Part shown: positions 1 to 7,127 of the stretch, piece by piece
How positions within the stretch are numbered: position 1 is the stretch's first letter
Layout: every line of letters starts with the position of its first letter
IMG/VR virus record: IMGVR_UViG_3300027886_000013
Location: 1 to 27,932 of that record
Length of the DNA stretch: 27,932 nucleotides
From: a virus
Taxonomy: Duplodnaviria > Caudoviricetes
Reading direction: 5' to 3' (one strand)
Translations under genes and position numbers: made by a program
Notes under the pieces: model-generated
Database searches by the model: none
The model's input: only the letters and a program-made list of their open reading frames with translations
What the model was told of the DNA's origin: nothing

Positions 1-491
1 CTTGCGCTGCACTGCATTATACTGCTTTGCTGTGCGCTAATGTCTTGGTACTTCACTCTGCTTTGCCTTGCTCTGCGGTGCGGTGCTCTGCGCTGCGTTA
101 CATTGCAGTGCTCTACGCTAATGTCTGGTACTTCACTTTACTCTGCACTACTCTGCATTGCTTTGCGCTGCCCTGCGCTGCGGTGCCATGCCGTGCTTTG
201 CAATACTCTGTAATGCGCTGCTTTGCATTGCTGTGCGCTACTGTGCTCTGCAATGCGCTGCGCTAATGCTCAGTATTCACTTTGCTCTGCGCTGCGATGC
301 TTTGCATTGCCTTGCATTGTGCTGCGATGCGCTGCCGTGCGTTGCGCTAATGTCTTAGTACTTCACTCTGCTTTGCTCTGCTTTGCATTGCTCTGCTCTG
401 CTCTGCTATGCAATGCTTTGCTTTGCAGTGCTCTGCTCTGCAAAGCTTTGCGCTGCGATGCAGTGCTCTGCGTTACTCTGCGCTGCTCTGA
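1..491 (-). ncRNA. Putative guide-RNA array: phased (GCA-NN)n pentamer units separated by a conserved 19-21-nt delimiter; truncated at window start
   Basis: Plus strand reads TGC-nn in unbroken 5-nt phase (rare TAC/TGT/TAT/AGC variants). Delimiter ctaatgtcttRgtacttcact and variants lie at 37-57, 118-137, 263-281 and 347-367; the segments between them are 60, 125 and 65 nt, all multiples of 5. It begins ~17 nt after the stop of the Cas7-like gene. Transcription and strand are inferred from that gene. Confidence 0.8.
37..367 (-). repeat. Four copies of the array delimiter repeat (RNA sense ~AGUGAAGUACYAAGACAUUAG)
   Basis: 37-57 ctaatgtcttggtacttcact; 118-137 ctaatgtctggtacttcact; 263-281 ctaatgctcagtattcact; 347-367 ctaatgtcttagtacttcact. 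Confidence 0.9.
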
Positions 492-508
492 TTTTCAATA
501 ACGCATTA

Positions 509-1105
509 TCAAACAACAACTTGCGTAATTTTTATACTATCCTCATCGATAATAAAGGTCCCATAGTCGCCTTTGCGAGCTGGCCGCCATGTGCCAAGCC
601 CTTTGAAAGAACCACCCGACTGAAGATACTTCGCGACTCGCTCAGGATCAATAATCTCATCGGTGATAATCAATCGGCAAGGGATTTGCCACTCGTGGAT
701 AATTGGAAAATGACGCCACACACGCTTGCCGCCGCCGCTTTTCCCATCAGCCGGGACAAATTTACTTAGACGCTCGACATCCTCTGACTTAATCGGAGAG
801 CCATCACCGTCAAGAACCGGGAATTCAACCGCATCAGCCCGCAACCCCGCCTGAAATTTCCCCGAGTACGTTTTTTGGCCCTGACCTTTTATTCGTTCAG
901 AAAGGTAGCTCGCTGCATCCAGAACACAGGACTTAATGGCATAGCCACTCATCACTACTTCATTGTTCTTATTGAGATTAAGACGCTCACGCCAAGTCCT
1001 AAGCTCAAATTCATCGTCAAGTTCATTACCTTCTTTCATGGACTTTTTCACGGCCCCGAACAACAGGGGCGCCGTACCTACTAGCGTTGCGCTAAACCGA
1101 TACAT
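509..1105 (-). CDS. Stand-alone Cas7-like / RAMP-superfamily RNA-binding protein (198 aa)
   Basis: N-terminal beta strand with 'TLVGTAPLLF', 'VVMSGYAIKSCVLDAA' helix, thumb-like 'VPADGKSGGGKRVWRHFPII.EW', and C-terminal glycine-rich loop 'GGSFKGLGTWRPARKGDYGTF' typical of RAMP/Cas7 proteins. Strong SD (AAGGAGG); no other cas genes in the window. Confidence 0.8.
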   Translation of the reverse strand: MYRFSATLVGTAPLLFGAVKKSMKEGNELDDEFELRTWRERLNLNKNNEVVMSGYAIKSCVLDAASYLSERIKGQGQKTYSGKFQAGLRADAVEFPVLDGDGSPIKSEDVERLSKFVPADGKSGGGKRVWRHFPIIHEWQIPCRLIITDEIIDPERVAKYLQSGGSFKGLGTWRPARKGDYGTFIIDEDSIKITQVVV

Positions 1106-1106
1106 C

Positions 1107-1340
1107 CTATGCCTCCTTGCTTAGTAGCTCCCCAACACCCTTCCGAAAGTTCTCATCAGTAGAATCTGACAGAATGGTTTTGGCCATATCCTCAACTGCC
1201 AGATGCATTACTTTAGTTTTAGTAATGTCCATATACTCGCTTAGCAATGAAACTATATCATCAGTTAATGTCCATACCGATGTCTGGCGACGTCCTTTTC
1301 TAGCCGCACGCTTAACAGAATGCGTGAATTTCTCACTCAT
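1107..1340 (-). CDS. Small DNA-binding protein, ribbon-helix-helix-like; first gene of the Cas7-like operon
   Basis: Basic N-terminus, short strand 'RQTSVW', then helices 'TDDIVSLLSEYM' and 'TKTKVMHLAVEDMA'. Its stop is 1 nt from the Cas7-like start; paralog at 2019-2192. Confidence 0.6.
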   Translation of the reverse strand: MSEKFTHSVKRAARKGRRQTSVWTLTDDIVSLLSEYMDITKTKVMHLAVEDMAKTILSDSTDENFRKGVGELLSKEA

Positions 1341-1387
1341 TTCTTGCTCTTGTCCGTTGATATGTTACTTAATTAATAACTGTAATC

Positions 1388-1416
1388 ATTATACAATAAG
1401 CCTGATTGGAATTCAA
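1388..1416 (-). promoter_or_regulatory. Sigma70-type promoter of the RHH / Cas7-like / array operon
   Basis: Minus strand TTGAAT-17 nt-TATAAT, ~48 nt upstream of the 1340 start. Confidence 0.75.
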
Positions 1417-1438
1417 CTGCTTTAGTGAGAAAGTAGAC

Positions 1439-1469
1439 AAAAAAAATGAGGAACTATCAAGCTCCTCAT
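1439..1469 (-). terminator. Intrinsic terminator insulating the Cas7-like operon from upstream genes
   Basis: Minus strand ATGAGGAGC-TTGATA-GTTCCTCAT followed by a T run. Confidence 0.75.
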
Positions 1470-1615
1470 CTGTGATTATGACTCATCTTTCTAATCAGGA
1501 GTGCAGCAATAGGCATCCCTGTCGCCGACCTAATTATTGCAGAACCATCGACTCCACCACCGAAGAAGTCTCGGTAAAGATCGATGGAGCCAATTTTACC
1601 CGCTAGGACCTACTT

Positions 1616-1990
1616 TTACTTCCTAAACGCCCCGTAGGCATCCTTCACCCCCTCAAGGCAACTGCGCATTAGGATAAAATCGAGCGTTTTAAACTCGGCA
1701 AGGTATATCTTCTTAAGGCACCTCACTGTTGCCCTGTGCACTTCGGTTCCCTCTGCTCCCTTAACCAAATTGTTATCGGCGTCAAAAACGCCCGTATCCA
1801 CTAGCGCTGCAAACGCGGGAACCATCGCTGCCTGCTGAGCCTTGAAACAAAATACCTGCAAGGTTGGATGATCTGGGTATTCCGCCTCACAATATTCGTA
1901 TAGCCCGGACATCGCGTCCGCACGTGCAACCGCCGGAAGAACCGATGCCATCATGAGAAGAACTGCTACTGCATGTTTGACTGTTTTCAT
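1616..1990 (-). CDS. Hypothetical secreted, cysteine-containing protein
   Basis: The ATG at 1990 has an AAGGA SD. N-terminus MKTVKHAVAVLLMMASVLPAVARA is a typical signal peptide with an A-x-A site; 4 Cys in the mature part. Confidence 0.65.
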   Translation of the reverse strand: MKTVKHAVAVLLMMASVLPAVARADAMSGLYEYCEAEYPDHPTLQVFCFKAQQAAMVPAFAALVDTGVFDADNNLVKGAEGTEVHRATVRCLKKIYLAEFKTLDFILMRSCLEGVKDAYGAFRK

Positions 1991-2018
1991 TGCCGAATTC
2001 CTTTTGTGACGTTGTTCG

Positions 2019-2192
2019 TTATCCATCCTCATGCTCGGGGAAACACCGTTTCGTCATCTCGACGACGGCCAGATGCACAACCTCGACCTTAGACCTGCCC
2101 AAATGTTCACTCAGCTTTCTGAGCATATCATCGGTAGTTACCCATATGGCTAACTGCCTTCTCGACTTATCCACCTGCCATCCTTTTTCCAT
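2019..2192 (-). CDS. Small RHH-like DNA-binding protein (57 aa), paralog of 1107-1340
   Basis: Start moved to the ATG at 2192 (GGAGG SD). RRQLAIWVTTDDMLRKLSEHLGRSKVEVVHLAVVEMTK aligns without gaps to RRQTSVWTLTDDIVSLLSEYMDITKTKVMHLAVEDMAK. Confidence 0.7.
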   Translation of the reverse strand: MEKGWQVDKSRRQLAIWVTTDDMLRKLSEHLGRSKVEVVHLAVVEMTKRCFPEHEDG

Positions 2193-2232
2193 TCTACCCT
2201 CCGTGTAAGGTATACATACATTAGATATTTGT

Positions 2233-2261
2233 AGTATACAGAACGTATAGCATAGACGCAA
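2233..2261 (-). promoter_or_regulatory. Sigma70-type promoter for the 2192/1990 genes
   Basis: Minus strand TTGCGT-17 nt-TATACT. Confidence 0.55.
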
Positions 2262-2344
2262 GTGGGAAATGAAGTGACGAAAGGTCTTGGGGATTGAGTC
2301 CCTTTCGGCATACTTCCAGGTCACCCAGGCACCCATCATCACCT

Positions 2345-2693
2345 GTGACGACAGTGACAGTGACACCCAGTGACACCCCCGTCAAACTCCTTATATATAT
2401 TCTCTACCCCCCCCCCTTTTACGTTTCCCGTGTATTTTACTTATATACCTGTCACTGCTGTCACTGTAAGGATATATAATAGTATAAAGATAGAGATTAC
2501 AATTATTTACCAGAGTGACACCCACAGTGACACCCACAGTGACACCCCCAGGGAAACAGGCAGAGGTGGCACTGAAAAACACCATATTGTTAAAGTATTA
2601 CTTTAGGTAGCTATCAAAATGATAGAGGTAGAATTTTGTAAAATGGTAGAATAGCGCTTTTTATGTAGAAGGGCAGGGGGGGGGGTGTCACTG
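2345..2693. repeat. Putative replication origin: GTGACA iterons around AT-rich tracts
   Basis: GTGACA at 2354, 2360, 2370, 2515, 2527, 2539 (12-bp tandem gtgacacccaca) and inverted at 2450, 2459, 2686. AT-rich core ~2390-2510, C and G homopolymer runs; directly downstream of the primase-helicase gene. Confidence 0.6.
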
Positions 2694-2720
2694 CCCTTTC
2701 GGAGGGGATTAGTTACGGGG

Positions 2721-4766
2721 CTAGAACGGCACCTTGTCGCTATCGTCGGGCCCAGGTCTCACCCAATAACTTTTACCATCGCTCTTCTTGCGGTACCAAC
2801 CGTTGGCCCTAAGGGCATCGGTCACCTGCATTTGCAGGCTTTTGTCTTTCCACTGGTCTTTCGACTTGAACTCAAAGTAGTAAGTACAGATCTCATCCCA
2901 GGTCGTTTTATCCAAATATTTATGGATACCTTTGCCGTTGAGGAAATCTTTCAGGCTATCTTCAAACACATTCTCGACCCTACGCGTTTCCCGTTGCTCT
3001 TTAATCGTGGACTGCAGGCCATCTGGCTCTTCCCACCAGTGAGCCGACGGGTGTTCGAGTAACCATTCCTTCGCCTCGGCGAAAAGTTGCTCCCGCTCGT
3101 GTTTGATGGCATCCAGGTCGAAGCTGCCCGTGTTGATGGGCAGGAATCGGGTATTCCCAGTGAGCCCTCGCAGATAGTCGGAGTCATTCGTCGTCCCAAT
3201 AAAAACCGTCCGTCTTGGGTAATCGACACTGTGGTTGGAATATTTAGGGACATAATGATCAGATGTATTGGTCAAGAACGCTTTGAGCCTAGATTCACTC
3301 GACTTATAAAGCGTATCGAGCTCTTCTAGCTCCGCAATCCAGTAGCCATGGATCGACATGTGAGCCTCTTTGCTTTCAAGGCTTATCTTCAAGGTTGTTG
3401 CCCACTCACCGCCAAGTAAAGCAATGGCTGTACTTTTGCCTTGGTTCTCCTCCCCGTTCCAAATCGGCACCAGCCTAGCAATGCAGCCGGGGTGAAATGC
3501 GCGGTTCATCATTTGCAAGAGGGTTACCTTGCCAACCCACCTTGAATAATCTGAATCCTCGGCCCCGCACATGTCGATCATCCAAGTTTCGATTCTTGGG
3601 GCCCCATCCCACTCGGGCAAGGTACCTAGCCACTCAATAAGAGCGTCGTATTTATCCTTGATCGCGGTCGCTTTGATGGCATCGGATAGAAGTTGCCTAC
3701 GGTTACCGCCAAAGCGGTAATGTGACCCTAGCCACTCGGAGATGCGATATTCAGTCTCGTCATTTACTGGCTTGCCGTCGAGTGTCGCCAGGTTGCGAAA
3801 TGCGTCAAAGCGTATACGCCCTTGCCATTCCTGATGATGTTCCAAGATCATGCTCATGTTGTAGAAACACTCCAGTACCTTTATCCCCTTGGCATCCAGT
3901 TGCAGCATCGAAGCCAGATCAGCATCCGGCATATGCCCATTCATACTGATATCCGCTGGCGCCCGTTCCGCCTTTTCTTTCTTCGGAAGATACGGCTCAA
4001 TAGCAGCCTCGATGTCTTTCATCATCTTAGACGACATATATGGCTGAGAAGCCACCATGATGCGGAGCTCTGGGTAACGCCAGCATCTACCCAGGAATGG
4101 GAATAAGCCCGTCCTATGAGCATCCTGGAGCCAATTAGAGGTATTCAGGCATTCGGTGAGTATATGCACGAGTACCTCACTCTCATTACCAGACCCCTGC
4201 ATCCTATCCACTCGTTGCATCCAAGTTTGGACGAGGTGAGTCTCGATAATGTGGGTGAGCTGGGATTGTCTCGGCCTGGCATCTGCATCCGTCCCAAACT
4301 TCTCCCCAGTAATGGGGATCATATAGTCCTGTGTCCATACCTCGATATCGCCGGACTTGATATTGGCCTCACCTTTTGACATGAGAATTAAATGTAGGCC
4401 GTTGTCATCATCAATTTCAGTATAGGTATCGAGAAGTGCAACGATCTCTCCTGGCAGGATTTTGATTTTCCGGGTTCCTTCATCAAAACAATTGATGAGG
4501 TGTACCACTGCAAAGAGATCTTTATCTGTTAGTAGAAAGCCGAGTCCAAACCCGTCATCAAGGCATCGCTGGTACGTTTCAGTCAGACTTCCCGGTTGGG
4601 AAATAGGAGTGTGGCATTGTTCACCATGTTCATTAGAGGTATAGACCCAGGACACCCACTGTGGGAAGCTAGATAAAGCTTTCGGGATGTTGTGAAAAAT
4701 AGGGAATGCTGGTGATAATTCCGTAGTATCTGATTGACTTTCGTTACCGGGAGTGATATCATTCAT
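2721..4766 (-). CDS. Primase-like / VapE (VirE)-family helicase fusion, phage replication protein
   Basis: N-terminal PrimPol-like motifs (IPKAL..FPQWVSW, GLGFLL, LDTYTEI..GLH, IEVW...ITG). C-terminal Walker A GEENQGKST, Walker B region WIAELEEL and FIGTTN...GNTRF. Start moved to the ATG at 4766 (GGAGG SD). Confidence 0.85.
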   Translation of the reverse strand: MNDITPGNESQSDTTELSPAFPIFHNIPKALSSFPQWVSWVYTSNEHGEQCHTPISQPGSLTETYQRCLDDGFGLGFLLTDKDLFAVVHLINCFDEGTRKIKILPGEIVALLDTYTEIDDDNGLHLILMSKGEANIKSGDIEVWTQDYMIPITGEKFGTDADARPRQSQLTHIIETHLVQTWMQRVDRMQGSGNESEVLVHILTECLNTSNWLQDAHRTGLFPFLGRCWRYPELRIMVASQPYMSSKMMKDIEAAIEPYLPKKEKAERAPADISMNGHMPDADLASMLQLDAKGIKVLECFYNMSMILEHHQEWQGRIRFDAFRNLATLDGKPVNDETEYRISEWLGSHYRFGGNRRQLLSDAIKATAIKDKYDALIEWLGTLPEWDGAPRIETWMIDMCGAEDSDYSRWVGKVTLLQMMNRAFHPGCIARLVPIWNGEENQGKSTAIALLGGEWATTLKISLESKEAHMSIHGYWIAELEELDTLYKSSESRLKAFLTNTSDHYVPKYSNHSVDYPRRTVFIGTTNDSDYLRGLTGNTRFLPINTGSFDLDAIKHEREQLFAEAKEWLLEHPSAHWWEEPDGLQSTIKEQRETRRVENVFEDSLKDFLNGKGIHKYLDKTTWDEICTYYFEFKSKDQWKDKSLQMQVTDALRANGWYRKKSDGKSYWVRPGPDDSDKVPF

Positions 4767-4832
4767 ATCAACCTCCTCTGAAAGTTGTGTGCTTAGGGTT
4801 ACCGGCTGGAATCCCACCAGCCGGTAATTGCG

Positions 4833-5462
4833 TTAGTACACCTTTGCGCCGTGGCGGTAGGCCCGCGACTTGTTGTAGGCATGCTTGGCCAGAATCGCCT
4901 CGCCAAGATCAAACTTCTGCTCCGTGGCAATCAGGCAAGTTTCAATGATGACGGAGGCAAGTGCAGATTCTGTACTGAGCTCGTCGTTGTCGACGGTGAA
5001 CGCGAGGATCGCCTCGCCTAGGTAGGAGACGATGGCGGCGATTCGCTCGACCGGATTATTCAAGGTGATGTTGTGGGCTGACTTGAGGATGTCGAATGGA
5101 TTGGCTACAAGGGCGTCAAAGCAGCAGACGAAGCGATCCTCGGGGTTGCCGGTGCAACAGGCATCAAACAGCTCCGCTTTGGCCGAGAGCTCTGGAGATG
5201 CGCCCAGATCGAGGCGATAGAATGTACATAAATCAGCAATGCGGATGATGATATCAGCGAGCTCTTCTTCAGCGTGGGAGAAGGCTAGAATCTTGGTGGA
5301 TGCCCTCGGCGTCCTGAATGCCTCGATTGCCTCGCCTAGCTCTGAAGCCACAAGGGCCATCGCCTCAAGAAACGACCTCCTCCCGTCCCACCATCCCTTT
5401 TGATACGCCAATTGATGAGCCTCATGACAGAACCAATCCCATGACTCCGCCAGATTATTCAT
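4833..5462 (-). CDS. MazG-like nucleotide pyrophosphohydrolase with a duplicated domain
   Basis: SELGEAIEAFR...EEELADIIIRIADL motif, second copy SYLGEAILAF...ESALASVII, and C-terminal K..YNKSR.YRHG typical of phage MazG-like proteins. Confidence 0.8.
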   Translation of the reverse strand: MNNLAESWDWFCHEAHQLAYQKGWWDGRRSFLEAMALVASELGEAIEAFRTPRASTKILAFSHAEEELADIIIRIADLCTFYRLDLGASPELSAKAELFDACCTGNPEDRFVCCFDALVANPFDILKSAHNITLNNPVERIAAIVSYLGEAILAFTVDNDELSTESALASVIIETCLIATEQKFDLGEAILAKHAYNKSRAYRHGAKVY

Positions 5463-5598
5463 ATGTCACCTTAATTAGCTTTTGTTAAGTCATATTAGGT
5501 TTTGGTAGGTTTTCATCTTATATTGTTGAGTTTCGCAACTTACTTAGGTACAATGGGTAGCCAAACGCGCGATTGGGTGCATTTCAACTCGTGCGGCG

Positions 5599-5629
5599 GG
5601 GTGACTGGTGCTACCAACGCCAGTCACCC
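5599..5629. repeat. Inverted repeat/hairpin in the divergent intergenic region
   Basis: GGGTGACTGGTG-CTACCAA-CGCCAGTCACCC. Confidence 0.6.
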
Positions 5630-5753
5630 AAATCACTGTTTTGCATGTTTCCCTTACCTCCCCCTCATGATCAAAATTGCTTTACCCAGATCTGAGTGGT
5701 ATCCTCTGCCCACCTGCGAACCTCAATTTATCAAACTCACCAGCTCATGTCAA

Positions 5754-6311
5754 ATGGAAAAACCATTGGCCACCACTCAGTCAAGCAAAATTATCGCTAT
5801 CGATCCGGGTGTACATGGGGCGATTGCCTACGTAGAGAGAGACGATAGAGGGAGACCTATACGTGTTTGTCTCCAGGATATAATTACGCGCAATCACCCC
5901 TATGGAAAGATGGTGGATGTTGATCGGATGCTGAAGGAGCTTGACGGTATTCCTGGGCCCGATTTGGTACTATTTGAAGAGCCATTTGCAGTCTACTCGC
6001 AACCAGCAAGGCACGGGCAGGTACCAAAGATTAGCACAAGTGCTCATACGATGAAAGTATCTTTGGTAAACTTCGGGCGACTTCAAAGCGTCATCGAGAA
6101 GGTAACGGGGGTCAGTGAGTGGCAGACCGTCCACCCTGGCGTATGGAAGCAAGCGATGAATCTAACAAGTAACAAGCAAATATCACTCATTCACGCACGG
6201 AGTAGCTTTGCAATCGTACAGGACTTACTCATGCGCAAAAGTGATCACGACAGAGCAGAAGCACTCCTTCTAGCCGAATATGCACACTGGCACCTGTGGA
6301 CCTCTGACTAG
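5754..6311 (+). CDS. ruvC: RuvC-like Holliday junction resolvase
   Basis: IIAIDPGVHGAIA, LFEEP, NFG, V.PGVWKQAM.L..NK..S and DHDRAEALLLA motifs. Start is uncertain (ATG 5754 chosen). Confidence 0.85.
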   Translation: MEKPLATTQSSKIIAIDPGVHGAIAYVERDDRGRPIRVCLQDIITRNHPYGKMVDVDRMLKELDGIPGPDLVLFEEPFAVYSQPARHGQVPKISTSAHTMKVSLVNFGRLQSVIEKVTGVSEWQTVHPGVWKQAMNLTSNKQISLIHARSSFAIVQDLLMRKSDHDRAEALLLAEYAHWHLWTSD

Positions 6312-6610
6312 ACTGGGCCACCCTGGGTGTAGTCGGATACCTCCAGATGCCTACCGATGTAGCACCCGCATACGTTATAACCTCTTCCCCCATAAAAGGT
6401 GATGCTCATCTGCTGCCATCTTAGGGTGAGCAACCCATGGCTGGACTGGACCCATAGATCCGTGGCCCTAGCCACTTGCGGATTCCCCTCAACAAATTCG
6501 AGCATATCGACTAGCGACCCCATATTCATATCGGCATGCTTTTTAAGCATCCACTTAAGACTTCGTGCCATGGCAGGCGGTAGGAGTTTATCGATCTCAC
6601 CCTCTACCAT
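6308..6610 (-). CDS. Hypothetical protein
   Basis: 100-aa ORF directly downstream of 6620-6892 on the same strand. Confidence 0.55.
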   Translation of the reverse strand: MVEGEIDKLLPPAMARSLKWMLKKHADMNMGSLVDMLEFVEGNPQVARATDLWVQSSHGLLTLRWQQMSITFYGGRGYNVCGCYIGRHLEVSDYTQGGPV

Positions 6611-6619
6611 GACAGATTC

Positions 6620-6892
6620 CTACACCCGAACCATGTTAATAATGCGCTCTGATAGAGCAGATAGCCTTTCATCAAGCTCTAACATACAATAGTCGCATAA
6701 CTCCTCCGGCCAATGACAAAACTTCCCATCTTCATCGATATCGATGGTCCCAGAGCATTTGCACATGCTACAGCTAACAATATCGCCGATGTTAGCCAAT
6801 ACGGCATTCAGGACTAAGTAGTCCTGCTCAGTCTCAATATTGGTGTGTGACCCACAACCCGAGCATGCTTCTAGAAACGGCACTCTAAACAT
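6620..6892 (-). CDS. Hypothetical zinc-ribbon protein
   Basis: CSGC, CSMC and CDYC motifs; AGGAGG SD. Confidence 0.65.
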   Translation of the reverse strand: MFRVPFLEACSGCGSHTNIETEQDYLVLNAVLANIGDIVSCSMCKCSGTIDIDEDGKFCHWPEELCDYCMLELDERLSALSERIINMVRV

Positions 6893-6988
6893 GATATACC
6901 TCCTATTAATTGATGCCGATTCATATTCAATTCATACGATAAACGACATAGAACAGCCTTGTCAATATAAATGTACGCCAATTGGTTC

Positions 6989-7017
6989 TTGACAATATCA
7001 TTTCCGATTGGTATATT
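6989..7017 (+). promoter_or_regulatory. Sigma70 promoter of the recombinase gene, overlapped by a candidate operator
   Basis: TTGACA-17 nt-TATATT with extended -10 TG; ATTTCCGATTGGTATA at 7000-7015. A divergent TTGACA lies at 6960-6965 on the minus strand. Confidence 0.7.
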
Positions 7018-7127
7018 ATGGTCATGCGGCAGGGGTTTTCTGGGGCAGCTATGCAGGGCGCCTGCTCCTCAGTTCCTTTTCCATCTGCCGCGTTTACCTA
7101 AAATTCCACGGCAGGAGGAGAAAGACG

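Noticed and set aside
1-491. Calling the array a canonical CRISPR array or a simple microsatellite
   Set aside because: The 'spacers' are themselves periodic (60% fixed positions), 60-125 nt long, and the repeats only ~20 nt. The non-repetitive dinucleotide order and delimiters argue against plain slippage.
27-769. Cys/Ala/Leu-rich plus-strand ORFs (27-266, 158-358, 223-501, 383-769)
   Set aside because: They are artefacts of the TGC-nn pentamer periodicity, have no SD, and lie antisense to the Cas7-like operon.
1668-1682. Partial gapped match (att agg ata aaa tcg) to unit B dinucleotides AU AG AU AA UC
   Set aside because: Only 5 dinucleotides match and the flanks mismatch; such matches are expected by chance in a window of this size.
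2294-2606. Short ORFs over the GTGACA repeat region and the N-terminal extension of 2019-2366
   Set aside because: They are repeat-derived translations; the SD and promoter support the start at 2192.
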